Assembly: GCA_963827655.1 (NCBI GenBank) | Contig: CAWHCF010000029.1 | Location: forward strand, 64,001-128,000 | Origin: an uncultured Acidobacteriota bacterium | GTDB lineage: Bacteria > Acidobacteriota > UBA6911 | DNA length: 64,000 bases | Direction: 5' to 3' | The notes under the pieces: generated by a model | Seen by the model: only the letters and a program-made list of their open reading frames with translations | What the model was told of the DNA's origin: nothing | Databases searched by the model: none | Part shown: positions 10,501 through 20,163 of the stretch, piece by piece | How the letters are laid out: each line of letters opens with the position of its first letter | Numbering within the stretch: the stretch's first letter is position 1 | Position numbers and translations under genes: made by a program

Positions 10501-11103
10501 TAACGCGATTGAACTGCAGGGTGACTGGCTTCGAAACTGGAAATCCTGTCTGACAAGGCAAGCAGATAGCCGAGCTCGTCGACGCCGTCCAGAAGACACT
10601 TCTTCGAGAACGGGATCGACGGGAAAGGAGACCTGCTTTCCATCCGGCAGCGTCAACAGTTGGGGCGCCAGGTCGACGGTGACTTCAATCGAGGGATCCA
10701 GGCCGACGAGCTTGAAAAGCTCCTGGTGAACCTGGACTTCGACCACGATGGGGAGCAGCCCGTTCTTCAGACAGTTGTTGCGAAAGATGTCGGCGAAAGA
10801 GGTGCTGATGATGGCGCGGAAACCAAAGTCGCCCAGCGCCCAGGGGGCATGCTCACGCGAGCTTCCACAACCAAAGTTGTTGCCTGCTAGAAGTACCTCT
10901 GCCCCGGCGATCTCGGGTTGGTTCAAAACGAAGCCGGGGATTGGATTGCCGGCTGCATCGAAGCGCCAGTCGTAAAACAGGAACTTACCCAATCCTGTTT
11001 TGGCAGTCACCTTCAAGAAGCGCGCCGGAGTAATCTGGTCGGTATCGACATTCTCGTTGGGAAGAGGCACAAGGCGGCTTGTAAACCTGCGAATCGGTTC
11101 CAC
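10500..11103 (-). CDS. leuD: 3-isopropylmalate dehydratase small subunit, with a +1 frameshift near 10612-10614
   Basis: [37 protein letters not shown]. The expected C-terminus [17 protein letters not shown] is in the adjacent frame, stop at 10500-10502; GTG start at 11103 after GAAGGA. Confidence 0.9.
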
Positions 11104-11114
11104 AGCGGTCCTTC

Positions 11115-12518
11115 TCACATAAGGCGCCGGACATCGGCTACCGCCCCGGCGATTGCCGATGCCGCCGCAGTTAGCGGGCTGGCTAAAAAGGTTCGACCCC
11201 CTTTGCCCTGGCGACCTTCGAAATTTCGGTTGCTCGTGCTGATGCAATACTGGCCGGGCTGCAGTTCGTCGCCATTCATGGCAATGCACATGCTGCACCC
11301 GGGCTCCCGCCACTCGGCGCCCGCCTCCAGGAAAATCCTGTCGAGGCCCTCGCTTTCGGCCGCGGCTTTGATGGCCTGCGACCCCGGCACTACCAACACG
11401 CGCAACTTCGGGTGGACCTTTCGTCCTTTAAGCACGCGGGCTGCGGCTCGCAGGTCGAGGAGGCGCGAGTTGGTACAGCTCCCAATGAAAACCACGTCGA
11501 GGGGCTGGCCCAGGAGGGGCTGCCCCGGCGTCAGTCCCATGTATTTCAGCGCTTTGGTGAGGCTGTTTTTGCGAGATGGGTCTGGAATCCCGTCAGGATC
11601 GGGTACGCGGCTCGTGATCGGGACTCCCATTCCGGGGTTGGTCCCGTACGTGATCATCGGCTCGAGATCCGACGCGGTCAGCTGAATACTCTCATCGTAG
11701 ACCGCGCCCTCATCGGTGCGAAGGGCGCGCCACCGCGCGAGCGCGGCATCCCAGTCCCGTCCTTCGGGGACATAGGGTCTACCGGAGAGATACTGAAAGG
11801 TAGTGTCGTCAGCAGCGACCATCCCGGCGCGCGCGCCCCCTTCGATGGACATGTTGCAAATCGTCATGCGTTCTTCCATGTCGAGCGGGCGAATCGCGCT
11901 GCCGGTATATTCGAACACATGACCGGTTCCGCCATCGACGCCAACCTTGGCGATCAGGGCAAGGATAATGTCTTTAGCCGAGACTCCAGCCTCGAGCTTC
12001 CCCTCGACACGCACTTCAAAAGTCTTGGGCTTGCGCTGAAGCAAACACTGGGTCGCGAGGACATGTTCTACCTCGCTGGTGCCGATGCCAAAGGCCAGGG
12101 CTCCAAACGCCCCGTGAGTCGATGTATGGCTGTCGCCGCAAACTATCGTCATGCCCGGCTGCGTCAACCCCAGCTCCGGACCGATGACGTGGATGATGCC
12201 TTGCCGGGGATTTCCCAGACCGAAAAGCTCAATCCCGAAGTCTTTGCAGTTAGCCTCCAGCTGCCGGACCTGGTTCGCGGCCATGGCATCCGCGATCGGA
12301 AGTCCCTGATTTCGGGTGGGGACAATGTGATCCATGGTTGCCACGGTGCGCTCCGGCCGCCGGACTTTCAGATTGCGATTCCGAATGCCCTGGAAGGCCT
12401 GAGGAGATGTGACTTCGTGGATGAGATGCAGGTCGATGTAAAGAACCGCCGGGCAATCCGGCTCGGCCGAAACTACGTGGTTGTTCCAGATTTTCTCAAA
12501 CAGCGTCTCTCGCGTCAT
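11115..12518 (-). CDS. leuC: 3-isopropylmalate dehydratase large subunit
   Basis: [45 protein letters not shown]. Confidence 0.97.
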   Translation of the reverse strand: MTRETLFEKIWNNHVVSAEPDCPAVLYIDLHLIHEVTSPQAFQGIRNRNLKVRRPERTVATMDHIVPTRNQGLPIADAMAANQVRQLEANCKDFGIELFGLGNPRQGIIHVIGPELGLTQPGMTIVCGDSHTSTHGAFGALAFGIGTSEVEHVLATQCLLQRKPKTFEVRVEGKLEAGVSAKDIILALIAKVGVDGGTGHVFEYTGSAIRPLDMEERMTICNMSIEGGARAGMVAADDTTFQYLSGRPYVPEGRDWDAALARWRALRTDEGAVYDESIQLTASDLEPMITYGTNPGMGVPITSRVPDPDGIPDPSRKNSLTKALKYMGLTPGQPLLGQPLDVVFIGSCTNSRLLDLRAAARVLKGRKVHPKLRVLVVPGSQAIKAAAESEGLDRIFLEAGAEWREPGCSMCIAMNGDELQPGQYCISTSNRNFEGRQGKGGRTFLASPLTAAASAIAGAVADVRRLM

Positions 12519-12624
12519 GATGAGCCAATTTTATCATGGGACGTCCGGTCGTTTCCCTCATTTCTGACAGCGGGGAACGACGCCTTCCTCTGCTTTTGAA
12601 ATGAGGCGCCCGGGGAAAGTCCTG

Positions 12625-14908
12625 TTATTCGAGTTTGAATCGTATGCCGGCATTGTAGCGGCGCGGCATTCCCAGGGTCTCGACCGGTGTGCGCCCCACG
12701 GCGTAACTCCGGTCGAAGAGATTTTCACAGGCGAAGAATAGCTCCGCGAAGCGCGTCACGCGGTTTCCCGATCGAGAAGTCCAGCAGCTGATAGGCTCCC
12801 AGCAGGAATTGGTTCTGGTCGTCATCGAACTGGCTGCTCGAGACCCGCAACATCAGGTAAACGAAAAACCGCTCCGGTTGATGGTAAGAAGCTTGAAAAA
12901 CAGCTTGGTGCCGCGGCACCTGTGGAATTCGTAGTCCGACGAGATCGGGTGCCGCCGGGGCGCTCCGGACGGTAGCGTCGGAAAAGAAGTAGCCTGCCCC
13001 GAGAGTCCACCGGGTATCGGGTCGATACACGGCATCGAGTTCGACGCCCCGGCTGCGCGTGCTCCCCAGATTCTGGCGCTGGCGGGTAATGAGGGCGGGT
13101 GTGGAAGAGAGGGTGACGTTGGCAATGTTGTCTTCGATTTCATATGAAAATACCGTTCCCTGGATCGATACCGGCTTGCGCAGCCCCCAATCCAAGCCGA
13201 TCTCTCCTCCTGAGGCGTGTTCCGGCCTCAAGTCACCGTTGGGGTTCGTGACGACATTGCCGACGCGGAAGCCGCGGTAAAGCTCGTTCAACGTCGGGGC
13301 TCGAAACGATCGGGAGATCGATCCGCGCAGCCAGAAGTCGTGGTCCAGATCCAGTCGGGCGCCCACCTTTGGACTCCAGGCGGTATCGCTCCGGGACGAG
13401 AAAGGCGTTTGACGCGCAGCCCCGGTCGAGAAAGTCGTCGTGAACAAGTAGGCGTCGTGATTGCTCCAGCCGTCCCATCGGATTCCCAATACAGCCTGAA
13501 GACGCGAATGGATTTGCCAGAGATCCTGAAAGTAGAAGCCTCCCCTGTCTTGCCGTCCATCGACGCGGCTCGTTCCGGTCGCAATACCGGCGATGTAGGC
13601 GAGCTCATCACTCGCTCCTTTGACCTGGACATAGTCTCCGCCGGCGATGAGCAGGTGTTTCGTTCCGATTGGGCGGCGCCAGAGAGCCTGCCCGCCCGCG
13701 CTCTGCGCGGGGACGCGCTGGCTGCGCGTGAGCAGTTCGCTGGTGCGGTCCAGCGCCACGGAAGAGAACAAGGCGTCGAAAGTTTCGCTCATCGCGAACG
13801 ATTGCACCGACCACTCGTTTCCTCCGGTAACAAAAGACGCGCCGGCCGCCAGGCTCTTCATCTGGGTATCGTTGGTCTGGAGCGGAGTACCGTTCCCGCG
13901 CTCTTCGGAGAAGTCCGAAGCCACCACGAACATTCTGCTGTTCGCATCAAACTGATAATCCCACAGTGCCTCCAGGGCACGATGCTTGCTGCGGGAGGCT
14001 ATGTCCACAGGACCCCTTTCCAGCGGGGCTACCTGAATGTAACCTTCGGTGCGGAACACGTCGCCGCTCAGCGCAACGCCGTGCCGGCCGAATCGGTGTG
14101 AGGTTTGGAAAGCATAATCGCTGGTCTGGAAATTTCCGAGATAGCCCTCGAGGTTTAGTGTCCTGGAGGCGGGTGTTCGCCGAAAGACCTGGATGACGCC
14201 GCCGAGCGCGTCGGTGCCGTAGAGTTCCGAAGCGCCGCCCCGGAGTATCTCGGTCCGATCGATCGAGAGGCGCGGGACTCGACTCCAATACACCCAGCCG
14301 CCAAAGGGATCATTGAGCGGGATGCCGTCGGCAAGCACCAGGCTCCGGCTGGCGCCGCTCGGCCCGACGCCGCGCAGCGAAACGCCTTGCGCCGTAGGAT
14401 GCGCCACGAGGCTGCTGGTGCGGCGAAAAAGCGTGAATCCTGGAACCCGGCGCAGAAAATCATCCAATGTCAGGGCGGGGCTCATTTGCTGATCTTCGTC
14501 TGACAGCAGCGTTACGCTTTGAATGGAACGCGATATCGGGAGCTCGCCTCGGGCGGCGGTCACGGTAACGGAGTCGGCCAGGCGCGAAGGTCCCAGTGTT
14601 ATGGATATCTCGCCGGTGGCCAAGTCGGCGAGCTCGCGCTGCGCTGCCGCGTAGCCGGGCGCATACACCTGAAGCCGCACCGGGAGATTTCCCTTCAGCT
14701 CAAGATGGAACAGGCCGTTTTCGTCGGCGCGAACTTCGTCGACATTACCATCGGCGTAGCTCGCGACGATCCGAGCGAACGGGATGGGATGGTCCGATTC
14801 GTCCAGGATTCGCCCCTGGGCTGTAACGGACTGCGCTATTGAGTCGGACGGGCCGAGAAAGAAGGATGCGATAACCAGGTAACGCAGTATCTGCACTGAG
14901 AGCCTCAT
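12625..14908 (-). CDS. TonB-dependent receptor (plug + barrel), with a +1 frameshift near 12762
   Basis: TonB box-like DSVTVTA, LRGVG, EILRGGASELYGTDALGGVI, FRAPTLNELY; terminal strands ENLFDRSY...GIRFKLE lie in the adjacent frame (12625..12825). Confidence 0.85.
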
Positions 14909-15089
14909 GCGGGAAACCTCGAGCGCGCCGAGCCTGAAGTGAAAATGCAATTCAGCGTACGGCTAAGTATAATCTCCAGAGTCTCAGGTTGTGGAAGAGA
15001 ATTACAGAAGAGCCTGGGAGGGTTCGCGTTAAACGCGGGAAAAGAACCACCGCCAAGACGCGAAGCCGCTGTTATAACGGAGGGATTCT

Positions 15090-15470
15090 ATGCTGGGACT
15101 GCGGCACGTCGCGCTTAGAGTCGGGGACATTCGCAAGTCGCTCGATTTTTACACGCGGGTTTTGAAGTTGAAGGTAGAGTGGCACCCCGATCCTGACAAT
15201 GTGTACCTCACCAGCGGTACCGACAACCTGGCCCTGCATCAGGTGGGCGGTGATTCGGTGGCGGCCGCCCCCGGGGCGACAGGTCTGGACCATTTCGGTT
15301 TTCTGGTGGCCACTCCGGAAGAAGTCGATCAGTGGGCGGACCGGCTCCAGCAAGAGGGAGTTGAACTGGTTCAGCAACCGAAGACACATCGAGACGGCGC
15401 GCGATCCATCTACTTCCGCGATCCGGACCGAAACCTCATTCAACTCATTTACCATCCTCCCATAAGCTGA
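15090..15470 (+). CDS. VOC/glyoxalase family protein
   Basis: GLRHVALRV, GLDHFGF, SIYFRDPDRNLIQL; GGAGG SD. Confidence 0.9.
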   Translation: MLGLRHVALRVGDIRKSLDFYTRVLKLKVEWHPDPDNVYLTSGTDNLALHQVGGDSVAAAPGATGLDHFGFLVATPEEVDQWADRLQQEGVELVQQPKTHRDGARSIYFRDPDRNLIQLIYHPPIS

Positions 15471-15555
15471 AAACTCCGTGGTATACTCGGGCGCTCGCTT
15501 TGGGGGATTGCATGCCAGCCGAATTCACGTCGGACGTTCGCGAGGATGGACATTA

Positions 15556-16164
15556 TTGTCGGTGAAGAGGAAGATCACTCCACAGGTAGCAAAGCTGATC
15601 GATAGCACGCTCGAGGCCATCATCGATCAATGGTACCTCAGCGTCAGCGACTACTACATTACCATCGAGAGAAGAAGTGAAAACCCCGGTCTCACCGAGA
15701 CCGAGGAACTCAAACGTTTCCATGATGAGACGGGGCACCGCATCAAGTTCAATAAAGGAGAGCTGGATTTCACTTACGGATTGAGTCTTCAGTCAGGGGA
15801 GGAAGGCCACCTTCTCGAAGTCAGCGTCAATAACAAGGTTCCACATTTCAATTACAAGGAACTGGTGCGCCGGCTCTCCTCCTACTACGAATCAGCGCGC
15901 AACAAGCCGATCGCGGGCTTCCAGGATGCCAAGGCGCTGCGTAACTCCGACATCTTCTTCCTGCAGGATCAGATCAAGAACAGCATCACCGTGGAGCAAA
16001 GAGAGGGAAAAGCGGACATCGTCCGCTTGTCCTTCGGAATTGTGGAGGATCATTTCGAAGACCTTGTCGCAGACCCGCCGAGTTTTATGGAAATGATCCA
16101 CCGCTATTGCGTCGCCCCGCTGAGAAGGATCTACGCCGACCTCTACCGCACCAAGAGGAAATAA
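15556..16164 (+). CDS. Hypothetical protein
   Basis: Long ORF with protein-like composition; GAGGA upstream of TTG 15556/GTG 15562; no motif recognised. Confidence 0.7.
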   Translation: MSVKRKITPQVAKLIDSTLEAIIDQWYLSVSDYYITIERRSENPGLTETEELKRFHDETGHRIKFNKGELDFTYGLSLQSGEEGHLLEVSVNNKVPHFNYKELVRRLSSYYESARNKPIAGFQDAKALRNSDIFFLQDQIKNSITVEQREGKADIVRLSFGIVEDHFEDLVADPPSFMEMIHRYCVAPLRRIYADLYRTKRK

Positions 16165-16377
16165 ACAGCGAGACCTGTCACACGTTTCCCGCATTCTTGC
16201 AAGGTACGGATTCCGCCTGGAAAGCTTCGATACCAGCTCAAACAAATGCTGCCAAGAAAAGACATTTGGGGAAGTCCTCGCATCCCCGCGAAGACGTGCT
16301 TATCTATTGACACTTTCAGCCGACCTGAGCGACAATCAGTAAATCTCTGGCATCGCTAACCTTGTGAAGGAGGCTCA

Positions 16378-19300
16378 ATGAAGCGAGCGGCTGTAGTGTG
16401 TCTGCTGGTGGCCACAAGCCTGGGTGCGGCATTGGCGCAGGCGCCGGTTGGGATCATCTCCGGCAAAGTCACCGACGAGAGTGGCGGGGTTATTCCAGGC
16501 GCATCGATCGTGATCAAGAACAAGACCACAGGCGCGGAACGCCAGCTGGTGTCGGCTGTGGACGGGGCTTTCAGCGTTCCCGGTCTTCCGGCCGGTCTCT
16601 ACGACGTCCGAGTGGAAGCCAAGGGCTTTCGCACGATCGTGAGGGAGGCCACGGTCGAGACCGGCGCCACCACTACCGCCGATATCCGCATGCTCGTGGG
16701 CGAGGTCACCGAGGTTGTAAGCGTCCAGGCGGCCACAAGCCAGATCGAGTATGAGCGGCACGCGATTGACGGTGTCATTACGCGTCAGAAGATCCAGGAG
16801 CTGCCCCTCAACGGACGCAGCTTCCTGCAGCTCGCCTTCCTGGAGCCGGGCGTGACCGTTTCGCCGGGCACTACAGCGCAGTACAACTCGCTATTCTCGG
16901 TTTCCGTACTCGGCGCCGAATCCAACAAGACGGCGATAACGGTGGACGGCGGCAATGTGCGCAACGCGATCGAAGGCCAGACCCAGATCAACCTCTCCCA
17001 GGAAATGGTGCAGGAGTTTCAGCTCTCCTCGGCCAATTTCGATCTCTCGACGGGCATCACCAGCTCGGGCGCGGTCAACATCGTCACCCGGGGGGGCGGC
17101 AATGATTTTCATGGCAGCGGCTACTTCTTCTTCCGCGATCACAATATGTCCGCCTATCCCAACCTGGTCCGCAGCGCGCTGACGCCGGATCCGTTCTTTG
17201 CGCGTCGCAACCCGGGGTTCTGGGTGGGCGGCCCCATCAAGAAGGACAAGGCCTTTTTCTTTTTCAACTACGAGTACATGAACCAGGTTCAGGTGTTCAG
17301 CTTCAACCCGGACCTCCCCTCGCTCGCCCCCTTGACCAGCGTCAACTACAGCCCGTATGAAGGCAAGACGCTCAGCCTGCGTATGGACTATCGCCTGGCC
17401 TCCAGGCACGACCTGTTCGTGCGTTATTCGCACGACGGCAATGAAGGCTTCGGCCCCAACTCCGGCTCGCCGCTTCCGTCCAACTGGCTGCGCAATACAA
17501 ACTTCAGCGACCAGAGCGTGCTCGGCTTCACCAGCACGTTGACTCCCTCGGTGGTGAACGAATTCCGCTTCAATTACACCTACTGGCAGAACCGCAACCT
17601 GTTCCCGAGGCCCGAGGATTGTCCGGGCTGCGTCGGGCTGGGCTTTCCCAGCGTCACGATGCAGGGCAGCACCAATTTCACGGCGGGCAACACGCTCAAT
17701 GCCACGCAGGGCCGCGACCTGCGGCGGTTCACGTTCACCGACGGCCTGACCTGGCAGAAGGGCACGCACCGTTTCCGTTTCGGCACCGAGCTCGAGTTTG
17801 CCCCGGGCACCGGCTTCTGGGGCTATTGCGACCCGGCCTGCACCAGCGTGTTCTCGATCGAGTCTGTGCGCGGGCTCGTGCCGGCGCAGTTCCTGCCGCT
17901 CTTCAATCTTCCTTCCAGCGTGGCCTCGGACGCGGATCTGCTGCGCCTGCCGTTTGCCGGCGGCGTGGTAGGAGTCGGCGATCCCGGCCAGCCCCCACCG
18001 TACAATCTCGACAAGGCCAAGGCCAACAACCGCTACCGCCTGTACGTTCAGGACACCTGGCGCATGCGCCCGAATTTTACGCTTAACTATGGGTTGAGCT
18101 GGCAGTTCGAGAGCACTCTGGTCAACGGTGATCTCGACAAGCCGGCCTATTTACAGCCGCTCTACGGCAACGACCTGAGCCCAACCGACAACAACTACAG
18201 TAACTTCTCGCCCGCGCTTGGTTTTGCCTGGAACGTGGGCCATGACAACAAGACCGTGGTGCGCGCAGGAGGCGGCATCTACTGGGAGACGGAGCTCTTG
18301 TGGCGCCGGCTCCAGGAGCGCGCCTTCATCGGCCCGGTGGGCAACGGCCGCATTCAGTTTCCTCACACCGGCTTCGTGAACATCTATCCCAATATCACCA
18401 ATTTCAACACCGGCCAGCCGGTGCCGGTGGGAGCTCCGCTGCCGTCGAACACTCTGACCAACCTGACCCTGGGGCAGTTCATGGATATTTACCGCCAACA
18501 GATCGGAGCGGTCAACGCGGCACTGACGCCGAGCAACCCCAATGATCTGTCGGTGCGCGCCGTCGACATCAACAAGGCGGGCGCGCAGCTGTATCCCAAG
18601 AGCTATCCGGTTCAGCGCAGCTATCACATGACGGCGGGCGTGCAGCGCGAGCTGAGGCACGACCTGGTGCTGAGCGTCGACTTTGTCCGCCGCGTTTTTT
18701 CCAACACGCTGCTGGGCGAGGTTGATTACAATCGCTATAACCGGTTCATCAACGGAGTGCGCACGCCGGTGATCCGCCCCTGCCTGACGTCTGAGCTGCA
18801 AAGGCCGGGAATTCAGTGCTCCAGCGGTCCGATCACTTTCTGGACACCCGCCGGCCGCGGGGTCTACAACGCACTGCTGGTGAAGGCTGACAAGCGCTTC
18901 TCCAGCCGGTACCTGTTCACGGTTGCGTACGCTTTAACCGATCAGGAAGGCATCAACAGCGTTACCAACCTCGACAACTATTTCGAGTCCTTCGGCCCGC
19001 AGGGCGCGCGACACATTCTTAACGTGTCGGCAATCGTCGACATGCCGTGGGGTTTCCAGGCGAGCTTCATCTCGGCCACGAGCAGCCGCGGACCGGTGAC
19101 GGCGAACGTCACCAGCGTCGACCTCAATGGCGACGGCACTACGACCACTCCCATCCCCGGCGTTGCGATCAACACCCTGAACCGCGGCTCAGATAAGGAT
19201 GACCTGGCGGCGGCGGTGGGGGCCTGGAACCAGACTTACCCGGCCGGTTCACGCGACGCTCGCGGTCAAAACATCCCCCAGTTGATCCTGCCGTCCAATT

Positions 19301-19560
19301 TCGGTTTCGGCGATACTTTCAGCACCCAGGACGTCCGGTTGACCAAGAACTTCACCTGGGGCGAGCGCTACCAGATCTCGGTTTTCGGCGAGCTATTCAA
19401 CATGTTCAATATCGCCAATCTCAGCGGCTTCAACTACAACCTCGATACCGTGCGCACGCCGCAGACGTTCGGCTTCGGCCAGCCGACCCAACGCGTCAAC
19501 CAGGTGTTCGGTTCGGGCGGTCCCCGCGCGCTTCAATTGGGTTTCCGGTTTAGTTTCTGA
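16378..19560 (+). CDS. TonB-dependent receptor with carboxypeptidase-regulatory-like domain (paralog of 4147..7419)
   Basis: AAGGAGG SD; signal peptide; LPLNGRSF, GSGYFFFRDHN; C-terminus GSGGPRALQLGFRFSF. Confidence 0.92.
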   Translation: MKRAAVVCLLVATSLGAALAQAPVGIISGKVTDESGGVIPGASIVIKNKTTGAERQLVSAVDGAFSVPGLPAGLYDVRVEAKGFRTIVREATVETGATTTADIRMLVGEVTEVVSVQAATSQIEYERHAIDGVITRQKIQELPLNGRSFLQLAFLEPGVTVSPGTTAQYNSLFSVSVLGAESNKTAITVDGGNVRNAIEGQTQINLSQEMVQEFQLSSANFDLSTGITSSGAVNIVTRGGGNDFHGSGYFFFRDHNMSAYPNLVRSALTPDPFFARRNPGFWVGGPIKKDKAFFFFNYEYMNQVQVFSFNPDLPSLAPLTSVNYSPYEGKTLSLRMDYRLASRHDLFVRYSHDGNEGFGPNSGSPLPSNWLRNTNFSDQSVLGFTSTLTPSVVNEFRFNYTYWQNRNLFPRPEDCPGCVGLGFPSVTMQGSTNFTAGNTLNATQGRDLRRFTFTDGLTWQKGTHRFRFGTELEFAPGTGFWGYCDPACTSVFSIESVRGLVPAQFLPLFNLPSSVASDADLLRLPFAGGVVGVGDPGQPPPYNLDKAKANNRYRLYVQDTWRMRPNFTLNYGLSWQFESTLVNGDLDKPAYLQPLYGNDLSPTDNNYSNFSPALGFAWNVGHDNKTVVRAGGGIYWETELLWRRLQERAFIGPVGNGRIQFPHTGFVNIYPNITNFNTGQPVPVGAPLPSNTLTNLTLGQFMDIYRQQIGAVNAALTPSNPNDLSVRAVDINKAGAQLYPKSYPVQRSYHMTAGVQRELRHDLVLSVDFVRRVFSNTLLGEVDYNRYNRFINGVRTPVIRPCLTSELQRPGIQCSSGPITFWTPAGRGVYNALLVKADKRFSSRYLFTVAYALTDQEGINSVTNLDNYFESFGPQGARHILNVSAIVDMPWGFQASFISATSSRGPVTANVTSVDLNGDGTTTTPIPGVAINTLNRGSDKDDLAAAVGAWNQTYPAGSRDARGQNIPQLILPSNFGFGDTFSTQDVRLTKNFTWGERYQISVFGELFNMFNIANLSGFNYNLDTVRTPQTFGFGQPTQRVNQVFGSGGPRALQLGFRFSF

Positions 19561-19575
19561 GGCGATAGAGATCAA

Positions 19576-19701
19576 CCACAAAGACGCAAAGACACGAAGA
19601 AACGCAAGGAATGGGGAAGAAGCTATGGCGCGAAGGCGAAGGATGCAGGCAAAGACCGGCGGAGATCGCCCACAAAGACGCAAAGACACGAAGAAACGCA
19701 A
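19576..19701 (+). repeat. Two exact 32-bp direct copies of the dispersed repeat
   Basis: ccacaaagacgcaaagacacgaagaaacgcaa at 19576-19607 and 19670-19701. Confidence 0.9.
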
Positions 19702-19705
19702 AGAA

Positions 19706-20146
19706 TTCAACCATTACGCGGTTGGCTGGGCCCATGCCATGGACACGCCCTACCAATGGACGAAGCAGGTGGCGTCACACTGGGGCGGCACTCGCAACGG
19801 GACCATCGTGCACTGGCCGGGGGGGATCAAGGGCAAGGGTGAACTGCGCCATCAGTTTCATCACGCGATCGATGTCGCGCCGACCATTCTGGAGCTGGCG
19901 CACCTGCCGCAACCGACGATAGTGAACGGCGTGCTGCAGCGCCCGATCGAAGGCGTCAGTATGGCATTCTCATTCAACGATGCGGCCGCGGCGGAGCGCC
20001 ATGAAACGCAGTACTTCGAGATGTTCGACAATCGCGGCATCTACCACAAAGAGTGGACGGCTGTGACCAAGCACTGCACGCCGTGGGAGACGGGGCAGGT
20101 CAAGACTAGTGCCCTGAACAATTTCAAGGAAGTGAGGAACTTGTAA
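19706..20146 (+). pseudogene. Internal fragment of an arylsulfatase gene
   Basis: HYAVGWAHAMDTPYQWTKQVASHWGGTRN, RHQFHHAIDVAPTILE, TQYFEM; lacks the N-terminal (C/S)xPxR signature and the C-terminus. Confidence 0.85.
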
Positions 20147-20163
20147 GTTGCGGTTTTCCTAGT

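Noticed and set aside
14909-15089. Cobalamin riboswitch or Fur box upstream of the TonB receptor
   Set aside because: No B12-box recognised; tgaaaatgcaattca matches only one half of the Fur 7-1-7 consensus well
19576-19701. 32-bp direct repeats as a mini-CRISPR
   Set aside because: Only two units, a 62-bp spacer, a non-palindromic repeat belonging to the dispersed family, and no cas genes
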